This document shows positions 1 to 10,627 of a stretch of 16,229 nt of DNA, piece by piece. The position numbers were made by a program, and so were the translations under genes. Source of the DNA: an uncultured Pseudomonadota bacterium (GTDB taxonomy: Bacteria; Myxococcota_A; Polyangia; Fen-1088). Each line of letters begins with the position of its first letter. Position 1 is the stretch's first letter. The notes beneath the pieces were generated by a model. That model made no database searches. It had not been told where the DNA came from and saw nothing but the letters and a program-made list of their open reading frames with translations. The DNA lies in assembly GCA_963847705.1 (NCBI GenBank), contig CAWKBC010000042.1:1-16229 (forward strand), read 5' to 3'.

Positions 1-1635
1 GTCGTCGACCACGTGCTGCACCAGGTTGGCCGCCGTGCTGGCGACCGAGCCGTGGCGCGGGTAGAAGAGCGACGAGCCGCGCCAGTTCTTGTTCTGCAGG
101 TAGGCGCGCAGCTCGGCGACGGTCAGGCCGTTCTTCTCCAGCTCGGCCTGGTACTCGGCCCGGGCGGCCAGACGCGCCTTGAACAACATCATCTGCACGC
201 GCGAGTAGACGTTCACGGCGCCGTCGCCGTTGGTCTCGATCGGGCAGAAGATCCCCTGCGGGTACTTCTCGGTGATCATCGATTGAACGCCGTCCGAGAC
301 GCCCGCCGACGGCATGCAGCCAAACGGCTTCACCGAGAGGGTCATGGTCGCCTTGGCCTTGGCGATGTTGAGGATCAGCTTGCCGACCTCCATGTGCCCT
401 TCACCACCGCGCAGGTGGTTGTTGTAGTAGGGCGCCGCCGCCTCGGCGACGGTGTCCATGTCCGACAGGTGCACGCCGTGCAGGCCCATCAGGTGGCCGA
501 TGCCGTAGAACGTCCCCTTGATGGCGTGCTTGGCCAGCCAGAGCATCAGCAGCTTCTTGCGGACGTTGACGCCGGCCAGACCCTTGCGCGACTTGTCCTC
601 GCCGCGCAGGACCATCCGCTGCTGCGTGTCCCAGGTCTGCTCCCAGATCATGAAGAGGATCCAGGCCGTGACCGGCTGGATGTCGCACTCGGCGCCCTCT
701 TGCTCCAGGAACTTCTGCAGACCGTAGTTGCCGTCGCCCTCGGTGGTCATCGCCCAGAACTCGCCGATGATCGAGACCTTCGGTTTGACGATGGTGCGAT
801 CGACCTTCACGTTCATGAGGTTGCGGCGCGTCTGGATCATCGCCCACAGCAGCGACTTTTCCTTGGGGTTGGCGAAGGCGTCGTGGATCAGCTGCTTCGA
901 AGCCTCGACCGCCTCGTTGGTCGATCCCGGCACCACCTCGTAGGGGCGGATGCGGTAGCCGACCATGTTCAGCACGTCGCCGATCAAGATCGCCTTCAGC
1001 AGCGAGGTGAAGAACTGGGGGTTCATCTTCAGGCCCTGCTCGTCGCCGGTGGCCTGCTTGAGGCCGCCCTGCTGCTGGAACAGGAGGACACGGAAGCCCT
1101 CGAAGCCCGAGTCGCGGAGCGCCTTGCGGTACTCGGTGACGTAGGTGCCGAAGCGGCAGGGGCCGCAGGCGCCGGCCGTCACGAAGACGTAGTTCTCGAT
1201 GATGTCCTTGACCGGGATCTTCTGATCGTCGCGCAGCCAGGTGACGTACTTCACCAGGTTACCGACGGTGAAGTAGGTCGGGTTGCACTGCCCGCGGTTG
1301 CCGAACTCCTTGCCGAACGTCAGCGCCGAGTTGTCCGGCATGTCGATGGCCTTGACCTTGTACCCGATGCCGCGGAGCGCGCCCTGCAGGAACAGGTCGT
1401 GCGCCATGGTCAGGCCCGAGATGAGGACCGTGGTGTGCGCGCGCTGGCCGCCGGTGAAGGTGGTCGGGTTGTCGTCGCGCCAGTGCTCCTTGCCGGCCTC
1501 CAGGCCGAGGGCGGCCATCTGCTCGAGCTCGAACTTCTTCAGCTCGGCTTCGACGTCGATGTCGACGTTGGCCTTGGCGCCGAGAACGGGGAGTCGCTTG
1601 CGGGTGTCGGTCTGGGTGTTGTCGATGGTTTCCAC
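1..1635 (-). CDS. 2-hydroxyacyl-CoA dehydratase/benzoyl-CoA reductase-like [4Fe-4S] protein, PlsR-like (3' end runs off the window)
   Basis: Absent from the ORF track because there is no stop codon inside the window. GTG start at 1635 with GGAGG (1647-1643) 7 nt upstream. The frame is open for 545 codons: METIDNTQTDTRKRLPVLG...GKEFGNRGQCNPTYFTVGNL...TAGACGPCRFGTY...IIGEFWAMTTEGDGNY...GGEGHMEVGK...VKPFGCMPS...PIETNGDG. These Cys motifs are typical of the HAD/BCR partner gene found next to CoA-substrate activases. Confidence 0.88.
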   Translation of the reverse strand, partial: METIDNTQTDTRKRLPVLGAKANVDIDVEAELKKFELEQMAALGLEAGKEHWRDDNPTTFTGGQRAHTTVLISGLTMAHDLFLQGALRGIGYKVKAIDMPDNSALTFGKEFGNRGQCNPTYFTVGNLVKYVTWLRDDQKIPVKDIIENYVFVTAGACGPCRFGTYVTEYRKALRDSGFEGFRVLLFQQQGGLKQATGDEQGLKMNPQFFTSLLKAILIGDVLNMVGYRIRPYEVVPGSTNEAVEASKQLIHDAFANPKEKSLLWAMIQTRRNLMNVKVDRTIVKPKVSIIGEFWAMTTEGDGNYGLQKFLEQEGAECDIQPVTAWILFMIWEQTWDTQQRMVLRGEDKSRKGLAGVNVRKKLLMLWLAKHAIKGTFYGIGHLMGLHGVHLSDMDTVAEAAAPYYNNHLRGGEGHMEVGKLILNIAKAKATMTLSVKPFGCMPSAGVSDGVQSMITEKYPQGIFCPIETNGDGAVNVYSRVQMMLFKARLAARAEYQAELEKNGLTVAELRAYLQNKNWRGSSLFYPRHGSVASTAANLVQHVVDD

Positions 1636-1650
1636 TGTGATTCCTCCGTT

Positions 1651-5344
<3,694 letters not shown>

Positions 5345-5373
5345 GCATGCTCCTTTGAAAAAAACCGAGAACG

Positions 5374-5438
5374 AAAGACTGACCCTCAGCGAAACTAGAC
5401 TGACACTTCAGTCTTTGAATCAGGGGACACTTTAGTCA
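5374..5438. promoter_or_regulatory. Three related operator-like repeats (core AGACTGA-N4-TCAGTCT), probable TetR-family sites
   Basis: Perfect inverted repeat AGACTGA-cact-TCAGTCT at 5397-5414. Degenerate copy AGACTGA-ccc-TCAGcga at 5376-5392. GACACTTTAGTC (5426-5437) repeats GACACTTCAGTC (5402-5413) and overlaps the -10 element. Confidence 0.7.
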
Positions 5439-5457
5439 CCTGCCGCGGGAAGATCAA
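5429..5457 (-). promoter_or_regulatory. sigma70-type promoter of the PlsA/PlsR-like operon
   Basis: Minus strand TTGATC (5457-5452), 17-nt spacer, TAAAGT (5434-5429), in an AT-rich intergenic region about 85 nt upstream of the start codon. Confidence 0.65.
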
Positions 5458-5485
5458 GCTTGCCCGGGGAGCACCCGGCTCCGGA

Positions 5486-5821
5486 CTACACGATCCCGGC
5501 GGCTTTGGGGGCTATCCGCAGGATCTGCCCGAAAACATCGCCGGTCAGCGGGTCGAACCGGGGGTCGACGAAGATGCGGGTCACGGCGAGCAGATTCATC
5601 GCCGCGATTCCCTCCTCCGAGATCAGCTCCTTGGAGGCGACCCCGATCGGTTGCAGCTCCAGCTCGGTGCCGACGGCGGCGGCAAAGTCGATGGCGGCCT
5701 GGCTCGAGGTGAAGAAGAACCCGTGCGGGCGCCGGCACCACATGTCCTGGCCGCTCTGGGTGAGGTACCAGACCCGGTCGGGCAAGAGGGATATGAAGTC
5801 TGGGATCTCGGGCTGCGCCAT
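5486..5821 (-). CDS. Hypothetical protein (111 aa)
   Basis: Globular, protein-like composition (VWYLTQSGQDMWCRRPHGFFFTS...RIFVDP). It fills the gap between neighbouring genes and has its own promoter-like motif directly upstream. No family recognised. Confidence 0.7.
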   Translation of the reverse strand: MAQPEIPDFISLLPDRVWYLTQSGQDMWCRRPHGFFFTSSQAAIDFAAAVGTELELQPIGVASKELISEEGIAAMNLLAVTRIFVDPRFDPLTGDVFGQILRIAPKAAGIV

Positions 5822-5833
5822 GGCGATGAAGGG

Positions 5834-5864
5834 ATGCTAGGAGAGGCGTTGCCGTAAGGCAACG
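5834..5864 (-). promoter_or_regulatory. sigma70-type promoter with a palindrome overlapping the -35 element
   Basis: TTGCCT (5862-5857), N17, TAGCAT (5839-5834), ending 12 nt before ATG 5821. Perfect inverted repeat CGTTGCC-gtaa-GGCAACG at 5847-5864. Confidence 0.55.
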
Positions 5865-5916
5865 GTGGGCGAGCGAACCATGGACATTGGCCGACGACGT
5901 GTCGCCCGAAGGCGGC

Positions 5917-6351
5917 CTAGGCAATGCCGGAGGCGCGCGCCAGGGCTTCGAGGGCGGCGGCGAAGAAAGGGCCGGCGACCGCCATGGGCTCCGCGCTGGC
6001 CGTCTCCAGCACGAAGTAGTCGTTGGGGATGACGTCCCCATACCCCATGACCTGAAGGACCCGCACGGTGGCCGATGCGAGGGGCGCACGGCCGCCCCCG
6101 GCCGGTGCGCCGGCCGGCCACTCGAGGACGGCGCGCTGGTCGTCGGGGGCCGGTGGCGGCATCGCAACCGCGAGCGGCCGGCCGTAGCGCCGAAAGATCG
6201 CCAGCACCGCGTCGGGCGGCATGGCGGCGACCCGGGTGAAAGTTGCCGGGAGGGTCTCCTCGCGTTGAGGGAGCTGGGCTTTGCCCTGCGAGGACGTCGC
6301 GGGAGGGTCCGGGAACCCTCCCAGGGGTCCCGGTTTATCAGGCGGCGTCAA
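5917..6351 (-). CDS. Hypothetical protein (start uncertain: TTG 6351 or ATG 6222)
   Basis: The C-terminal ~100 aa look protein-like (AVLAIFRRYGRPL...VRVLQVMGYGDVIPNDYFVLE...GPFFAAALEALARA). The first ~15 codons cross a palindromic element, so the N-terminus may be spurious. Confidence 0.55.
   Translation of the reverse strand: MTPPDKPGPLGGFPDPPATSSQGKAQLPQREETLPATFTRVAAMPPDAVLAIFRRYGRPLAVAMPPPAPDDQRAVLEWPAGAPAGGGRAPLASATVRVLQVMGYGDVIPNDYFVLETASAEPMAVAGPFFAAALEALARASGIA
6301..6333. repeat. GC-rich double-palindrome (REP-like) element just after the tetR stop
   Basis: GGGAGGGT-N6-ACCCTCCC (6301-6322) overlaps a second near-perfect inverted repeat, CCGGGAaCCCT-ccc-AGGGgTCCCGG (6309-6333). Confidence 0.5.
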
Positions 6352-6979
6352 CGAGACAGCCTTTGAGCGTGAACGCGATCATCTCCCGGCCAATCTGGCT
6401 CATCTCCGTGGGCGGGGTGTCCTGCTCGACGAAGGCCCACTGCACGACCTCCTTGATGCTGCCAAGAACGCAGCGCGCGACCACCTTGGCGTCGCACGGC
6501 CGCACCACCCCCAGCTGCCGCCCGGTGTTGAGCGCGCCGATCAGCATCGCCTCGATGCGGCCGTAGAACTCGGAGAGCTTGCGATCGAAGTCGACGTCGA
6601 TCCCCACCGCCTCGCGCAGCAGGATGCGGGGGAGCTCGCGGTTGTCCAGCAGCGTCTGCAGGACCCGGTCCACCGTGGCGTTCATCTGCTCCACCGGCGG
6701 GGGGGCGTCGGCCCCCACCTCGATCCGCTTGACCTGCGCCTGCAGCGTGGTCACCAGACCGTCCAGGAGCTCGTCGAAGATGGCGCGCTTGGATTCGAAG
6801 TAGAGATAGAACGTTCCCCGGGCGATCTCCGCCGTCTCGATGATGTCGTGGATGCTGGTGGCGTGGTACCCCTTCTGGGAGAAGATCCGCCGCGCCACCG
6901 CCAGCACGCCGGCGCGCCGCGACTCGCGCAGCCGCTGCGCGCGCGACACCCGGCCGTCGATTTTTGGGTCCGGGGTCAC
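6338..6979 (-). CDS. TetR/AcrR family transcriptional regulator
   Basis: N-terminal helix-turn-helix VLAVARRIFSQKGYHATSIHDIIETAEIARGTFYLYFESKRAIF; 213 aa. The GTG start overlaps the upstream TGA stop (GTGA 6979-6976). Confidence 0.95.
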   Translation of the reverse strand: MTPDPKIDGRVSRAQRLRESRRAGVLAVARRIFSQKGYHATSIHDIIETAEIARGTFYLYFESKRAIFDELLDGLVTTLQAQVKRIEVGADAPPPVEQMNATVDRVLQTLLDNRELPRILLREAVGIDVDFDRKLSEFYGRIEAMLIGALNTGRQLGVVRPCDAKVVARCVLGSIKEVVQWAFVEQDTPPTEMSQIGREMIAFTLKGCLVDAA

Positions 6980-7383
6980 GTCCCGGCGCCCGCCGTTCGC
7001 AAGCGGTCGGGCCAGGCCGCGGCATCGGCCAGGTGGCGCCCGCCCGGCAAAATGGTCTCGTAGCGCGCCAGCGTCCGGGTCGCGGCGGCCAGCGACGTGC
7101 GCGCCTCGAGCTTCGCTGCGCCGAGGAGCGCGCTGAAGTAGGCGTCGTCGACCACGTCGGTCTCGAGCACGCCGGCCGTCTCGTCGAGCGCAATCGCTGT
7201 CTCGAGATCCTTGACGGCCTCGGGATAGCGCTCGAGCCAGGCGTAGGCGCTCGCCCGCTCGACCAGCGGCGCCGGGTCTTCCTCATCCCGCGCCACCGCG
7301 CGCGTGGCCTCCTCGATCGCTTCGGCGTACTTCCCCTCTTGGATCATCTTCGCTGCGAAGCTCATCCCGTACCGTCCGGCCAT
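6976..7383 (-). CDS. Tetratricopeptide-repeat protein
   Basis: TPR consensus GKYAEAIEEATRAVARDEEDPAPLVERASAYAWLERYPEAVKDLETAIALD. ATG 7383 is preferred over 7416 because GGAGG lies at 7398-7394. Translationally coupled to tetR. Confidence 0.8.
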   Translation of the reverse strand: MAGRYGMSFAAKMIQEGKYAEAIEEATRAVARDEEDPAPLVERASAYAWLERYPEAVKDLETAIALDETAGVLETDVVDDAYFSALLGAAKLEARTSLAAATRTLARYETILPGGRHLADAAAWPDRLRTAGAGT

Positions 7384-7455
7384 CCTGCGCGTGCCTCCGA
7401 GGAGCCACCGTATCATGAGGAGAGTCAGCGACGAGCCCCTTCAATCGGTGAGACC

Positions 7456-7464
7456 TGATAGTGT
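7456..7464 (+). promoter_or_regulatory. Extended -10 promoter candidate for the PssA-like gene
   Basis: TG-A-TAGTGT ending 12 nt before ATG 7477. No matching -35 element and no Shine-Dalgarno sequence. Confidence 0.35.
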
Positions 7465-7476
7465 TCCGCCTCGAAA

Positions 7477-8238
7477 ATGCGCAGGAACATCGGGCCTTTC
7501 GGGGTCAAAGATCTTTTCACGCTGGTCAACCTCATGGGCGGCGTCTTCGCCATCGTCTTCGCGGTTCAAGGAAACCCACTGGCCGCCGGGACGGCGTTGC
7601 TGGTCGGATACTTGCTGGGGGACACGCTGGACGGGCCGGTGGCGCGGATGACGAAGACCTCGAACCAGTTCGGCAGCGAGCTCGACACCGCGACCGACCA
7701 CTTCGTCCAGGGCATCGCCCCCGGAGTGATCGTCTACGCCGTCTATGCCCAGGGGGGGCACGGCGCGGCGGGGGTCGCGTTGATGTCGGTCGTCATCACC
7801 TGCGCGACCGTGCGGCAGGCGCTGTTCTCCACCGCCAAGATGGGCGATCCGTTGATGTACTGCGGCCTGCCACGCACGGTGAGCGGGTACGGCGGGATGG
7901 CCTACGTGCTGTCGCACTTCTTTTTCGGGATGAACCCTGCCCGCTATCTGGTGGGAGCCGTCCTCGTCAGCGCCTTCTCTCTGCTCAACCTGCTCCCCAT
8001 CCCCTACATGACGCACCGGGGAAAGCGGAAGATGCAGCTCCATGTCCGGCTGCTGGTCCTTTCGGCCCTCTTCACGGTGCTGGGGGCGGTCTTCCTGGCG
8101 CGCAACTACGTCTTCGACGTGCTGTTCTTCTGGATGCTCGGCTACACGGTTACAGGATGGATTCCGATCTATCCCCAGGAGAAGCGCGCCTTTTATGCCC
8201 GCTACCGAGCCTGGGCCAGCGAGGTGACCCGCGCGTGA
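7477..8238 (+). CDS. CDP-alcohol phosphatidyltransferase, PssA (phosphatidylserine synthase, class II)-like
   Basis: Signature D-x2-DG-x2-AR-x8-G-x2-LD-x3-D: DTLDGPVARMTKTSNQFGSELDTATD. N-terminal DLFTLVNL and a later YCGLP motif resemble PssA. Multiple hydrophobic segments. Confidence 0.88.
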   Translation: MRRNIGPFGVKDLFTLVNLMGGVFAIVFAVQGNPLAAGTALLVGYLLGDTLDGPVARMTKTSNQFGSELDTATDHFVQGIAPGVIVYAVYAQGGHGAAGVALMSVVITCATVRQALFSTAKMGDPLMYCGLPRTVSGYGGMAYVLSHFFFGMNPARYLVGAVLVSAFSLLNLLPIPYMTHRGKRKMQLHVRLLVLSALFTVLGAVFLARNYVFDVLFFWMLGYTVTGWIPIYPQEKRAFYARYRAWASEVTRA

Positions 8239-8281
8239 AGCCAAACGTGGGACGGCACCCCAAGCTCGAGCACGGCCTCGA

Positions 8282-8310
8282 TTGCGAGGCCCCATGGCCT
8301 ACGCTAAAGT
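8282..8310 (+). promoter_or_regulatory. sigma70-type promoter of the phospholipase D gene
   Basis: TTGCGA (8282-8287), N17, TAAAGT (8305-8310), ending 10 nt before ATG 8321. Confidence 0.55.
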
Positions 8311-8320
8311 GCGCGGCCCG

Positions 8321-9475
8321 ATGTCGTTGACGAGCTTGCCGGTCGCGTCGCCGGCCGAGGGCACGACCTTCGAGCTTCTTGCAGGCGGCAAGGTCGCCTA
8401 CCAGCGGATCCTGAACCGGATCGATCAGGCCCGTCACAGCATCATGGTTCGTTGTTTCGAGTGGCGCGACGACGACGCCGGCCGCTCGATCGCGCGCGCC
8501 CTGCTCGCGGCGGCCGATCGCGGCGTCAGGGTCTCGATCCTCAAGGACCGGATCGGCGGCTACTACGAGCACCTGGAGGCGACCAAGCAGAGCTTCTTCC
8601 ACAAGACGATCAACCTGCACGCCCGCGTTCAGCTGTTTTTCCTGATGACGTTCTATGGCCGCTGGGGCTCGCTGCGGCAGAGCCCCAGCGAGCTCAGCGC
8701 CGCGCTGCTGGCGCACCCCCAGGTCACCTTCGTGAGCGAGAAGCGATTCGACCACGCCAAGCTCTACCAGTTCGACGACGAGACGGTGATCTTGGGCGGG
8801 ATGGGGATCGGCGACGACTTCCGGGACGTGAACGTCGACTTCATGGTCGAGATCACCGGCGGCGACGCGGCAGAGCGCCTCGCCGACCGCTACGAGGGGC
8901 GGGCCCGCTTCGACGCCGGCCGCTCGTTCGACTACCTCCTGCACTCCTTCCGCGGCGCGGCGCGCACCGGCGAGTCGCTCTCGGCGCAGCGGCTCGACCT
9001 CCTGGCCGGCGCGCGCGAGCGGCTGACGATCGCCATGGCCTACCTGGGTGATCCGACCGCGACCGATGCGCTCTGCGACGCGGTCAAGCGCGGCGTCTCG
9101 GTGACCCTGCTGACCGCGGCGCGGGCCAACGTGGGCGGCGACCTGAACCTGGCGGCCTGCGCCGAGCTCCTGCGCCGCACCGGCAGCCCGCACAACCTGC
9201 GTCTGGTCCTGCACCCGAGCATGGTGCACGGCAAGGCCATCGTCGGCGACGGCGAGTGGGTCGACCTCGGCTCCACGAACTTTACCCGGCTCTCCCACGG
9301 AGGCTACGAGGAGGTCGACGTCTTCTGCCGCGATCGCATCTTCGCCCGGCGCGTCGAGCAGGCGATCGAAGCGGAGCTGCGGGCCGGCGCCCCGGCACGG
9401 CTTCCGCTCGCCTACAACCGCTTGCGGGTGCTGACGGAGACCATGGTCAGCGCCTTTCAGGGACGGAAGAAGTAG
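8321..9475 (+). CDS. Phospholipase D superfamily protein, cardiolipin synthase-like (two HKD motifs)
   Basis: HAKLYQFD...GGMG and HGKAIVGD...GSTNF motifs, plus Cls-like segments ILNRIDQARHSI, ALLAAADRGVRV and AVKRGVSV. Start placed at ATG 8321 because the upstream in-frame codons coincide with a promoter. Confidence 0.9.
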   Translation: MSLTSLPVASPAEGTTFELLAGGKVAYQRILNRIDQARHSIMVRCFEWRDDDAGRSIARALLAAADRGVRVSILKDRIGGYYEHLEATKQSFFHKTINLHARVQLFFLMTFYGRWGSLRQSPSELSAALLAHPQVTFVSEKRFDHAKLYQFDDETVILGGMGIGDDFRDVNVDFMVEITGGDAAERLADRYEGRARFDAGRSFDYLLHSFRGAARTGESLSAQRLDLLAGARERLTIAMAYLGDPTATDALCDAVKRGVSVTLLTAARANVGGDLNLAACAELLRRTGSPHNLRLVLHPSMVHGKAIVGDGEWVDLGSTNFTRLSHGGYEEVDVFCRDRIFARRVEQAIEAELRAGAPARLPLAYNRLRVLTETMVSAFQGRKK

Positions 9476-10535
9476 ACGGGCTGAACGGCGCCGGCGTTGT
9501 CGCCGGCGCGGGCGCCGGCCGGGTGGGCGCGCGCAGGTACCTGACCAGGCTGCGCAACGTCTCCGTCACGGCGAGCACCGCGGCCACGACGCTGAGATGG
9601 CTCCCGGCCAGGGGGAAGGCCAGCGCCGCGGCCAGCAAGACCAGCTCGCCCCCCATGCTCGCCGCCCAGGAGAAATCGGCGATCCCCTGGTTGGCGGCAA
9701 AGTTGTCCAGCGCGCCGCGCGCCATGTCGCTGGCCAGCAGGATGATGAGCGGGATCGTCGGCAGGCGGTGGGTGGCAAGCGCCGCCATCACCCCGATCGG
9801 CAGGAGCGCGCCGGCCCCCAGCCGCAGCCAGTGCAGCAAGCGGTGCGAAGGCGCGCGGGCCACCGCTGGAAAGCCAAGCTTGAGGTAGTCGAGCGCGCTG
9901 AACCAGGTGATGAAGACGACCGCGGCGATCAGCAGCTTCTCGACCGCTCCGGCGCCGATGAACGACGCTCCGACGAAGGGGATCAGCGCGACCGCGGCGA
10001 TCTCGAACCCGCGCCGGTAGACGCCCGAGATCCCCGACAGCGGTCGGGTGGCCAGAACCAGCAGCGCGAAGGCGAACGGCGCCGCGAACAACACGCGCAG
10101 CCCGGGCCCCGAGCCGATGAGCGGAATCAAGACCAGGAACCCGAACGCCAGCATCTGGACCCAGGTCTTCACCTTGGCGATGCCGGTGCTGGGGAGGCGC
10201 TGGCCGCCCAGCTCCAAGCTCGAGCGCAGCACCGTCACCAGGAACTCGCGGGAGAAGATGGTTGCCGCGATCCACCAGGGGATCCCGCCCCGATCGGCGA
10301 AGCAACCGTAGCAGACGACGATGAAGATCTTGTCGGCCACCGGATCGAGCAGCGATCCCAACACCGTGGGCCCGTACTTGCGCGCCAGGTATCCATCGAC
10401 GGTGTCGGTGAGCCCGATCAGGGTGCCGATCGCCACGCCGATCGCCTGCGTCGTGGGGCTGCCGTAGATCAGCCAGCCGACCAGCGGCATCGCGAGCAGG
10501 CGGGCCGAAGTGACCTGGTTCGCCGTGACGCGCAT
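9447..10535 (-). CDS. CDP-alcohol phosphatidyltransferase, PgsA-like, with a long hydrophobic C-terminal extension (362 aa)
   Basis: TANQVTSARL; signature TDTVDGYLARKYGPTVLGSLLDPVADK; SREFLVTVLR; AKVKTWVQM. Its 3' end overlaps the convergent PLD gene by 29 nt. Confidence 0.9.
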   Translation of the reverse strand: MRVTANQVTSARLLAMPLVGWLIYGSPTTQAIGVAIGTLIGLTDTVDGYLARKYGPTVLGSLLDPVADKIFIVVCYGCFADRGGIPWWIAATIFSREFLVTVLRSSLELGGQRLPSTGIAKVKTWVQMLAFGFLVLIPLIGSGPGLRVLFAAPFAFALLVLATRPLSGISGVYRRGFEIAAVALIPFVGASFIGAGAVEKLLIAAVVFITWFSALDYLKLGFPAVARAPSHRLLHWLRLGAGALLPIGVMAALATHRLPTIPLIILLASDMARGALDNFAANQGIADFSWAASMGGELVLLAAALAFPLAGSHLSVVAAVLAVTETLRSLVRYLRAPTRPAPAPATTPAPFSPSTSSVPERR

Positions 10536-10547
10536 GACGCGTCGTCG

Positions 10548-10576
10548 ACGTTACGGGCCTGGCGGGCGATCGTCAA
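10548..10576 (-). promoter_or_regulatory. sigma70-type promoter of the PgsA-like gene
   Basis: TTGACG (10576-10571), N17, TAACGT (10553-10548), ending 12 nt before ATG 10535. Confidence 0.65.
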
Positions 10577-10627
10577 CCGCAGAGGCGCATGAGCAGCGCG
10601 CCGCCGCCAGCATTTGGAAGGTCCGCG

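Noticed and set aside
5448-5463. Possible FNR box at the PlsAR-like promoter
   Set aside because: Only one TTGAT half-site is present (it is the -35 element), with no ATCAA partner at the 4-nt spacing.
5462-5479. Small hairpins at 5464-5478, 5903-5914 and 13177-13191 as terminators
   Set aside because: The stems are only 4-6 bp with no U-tract, which is expected by chance at this GC content.
8282-8320. N-terminal extension MRGPMAYAKVRGP of the PLD, with an apparent RGPM duplication
   Set aside because: It coincides with the -35/-10 promoter elements, and the short repeat is likely chance.
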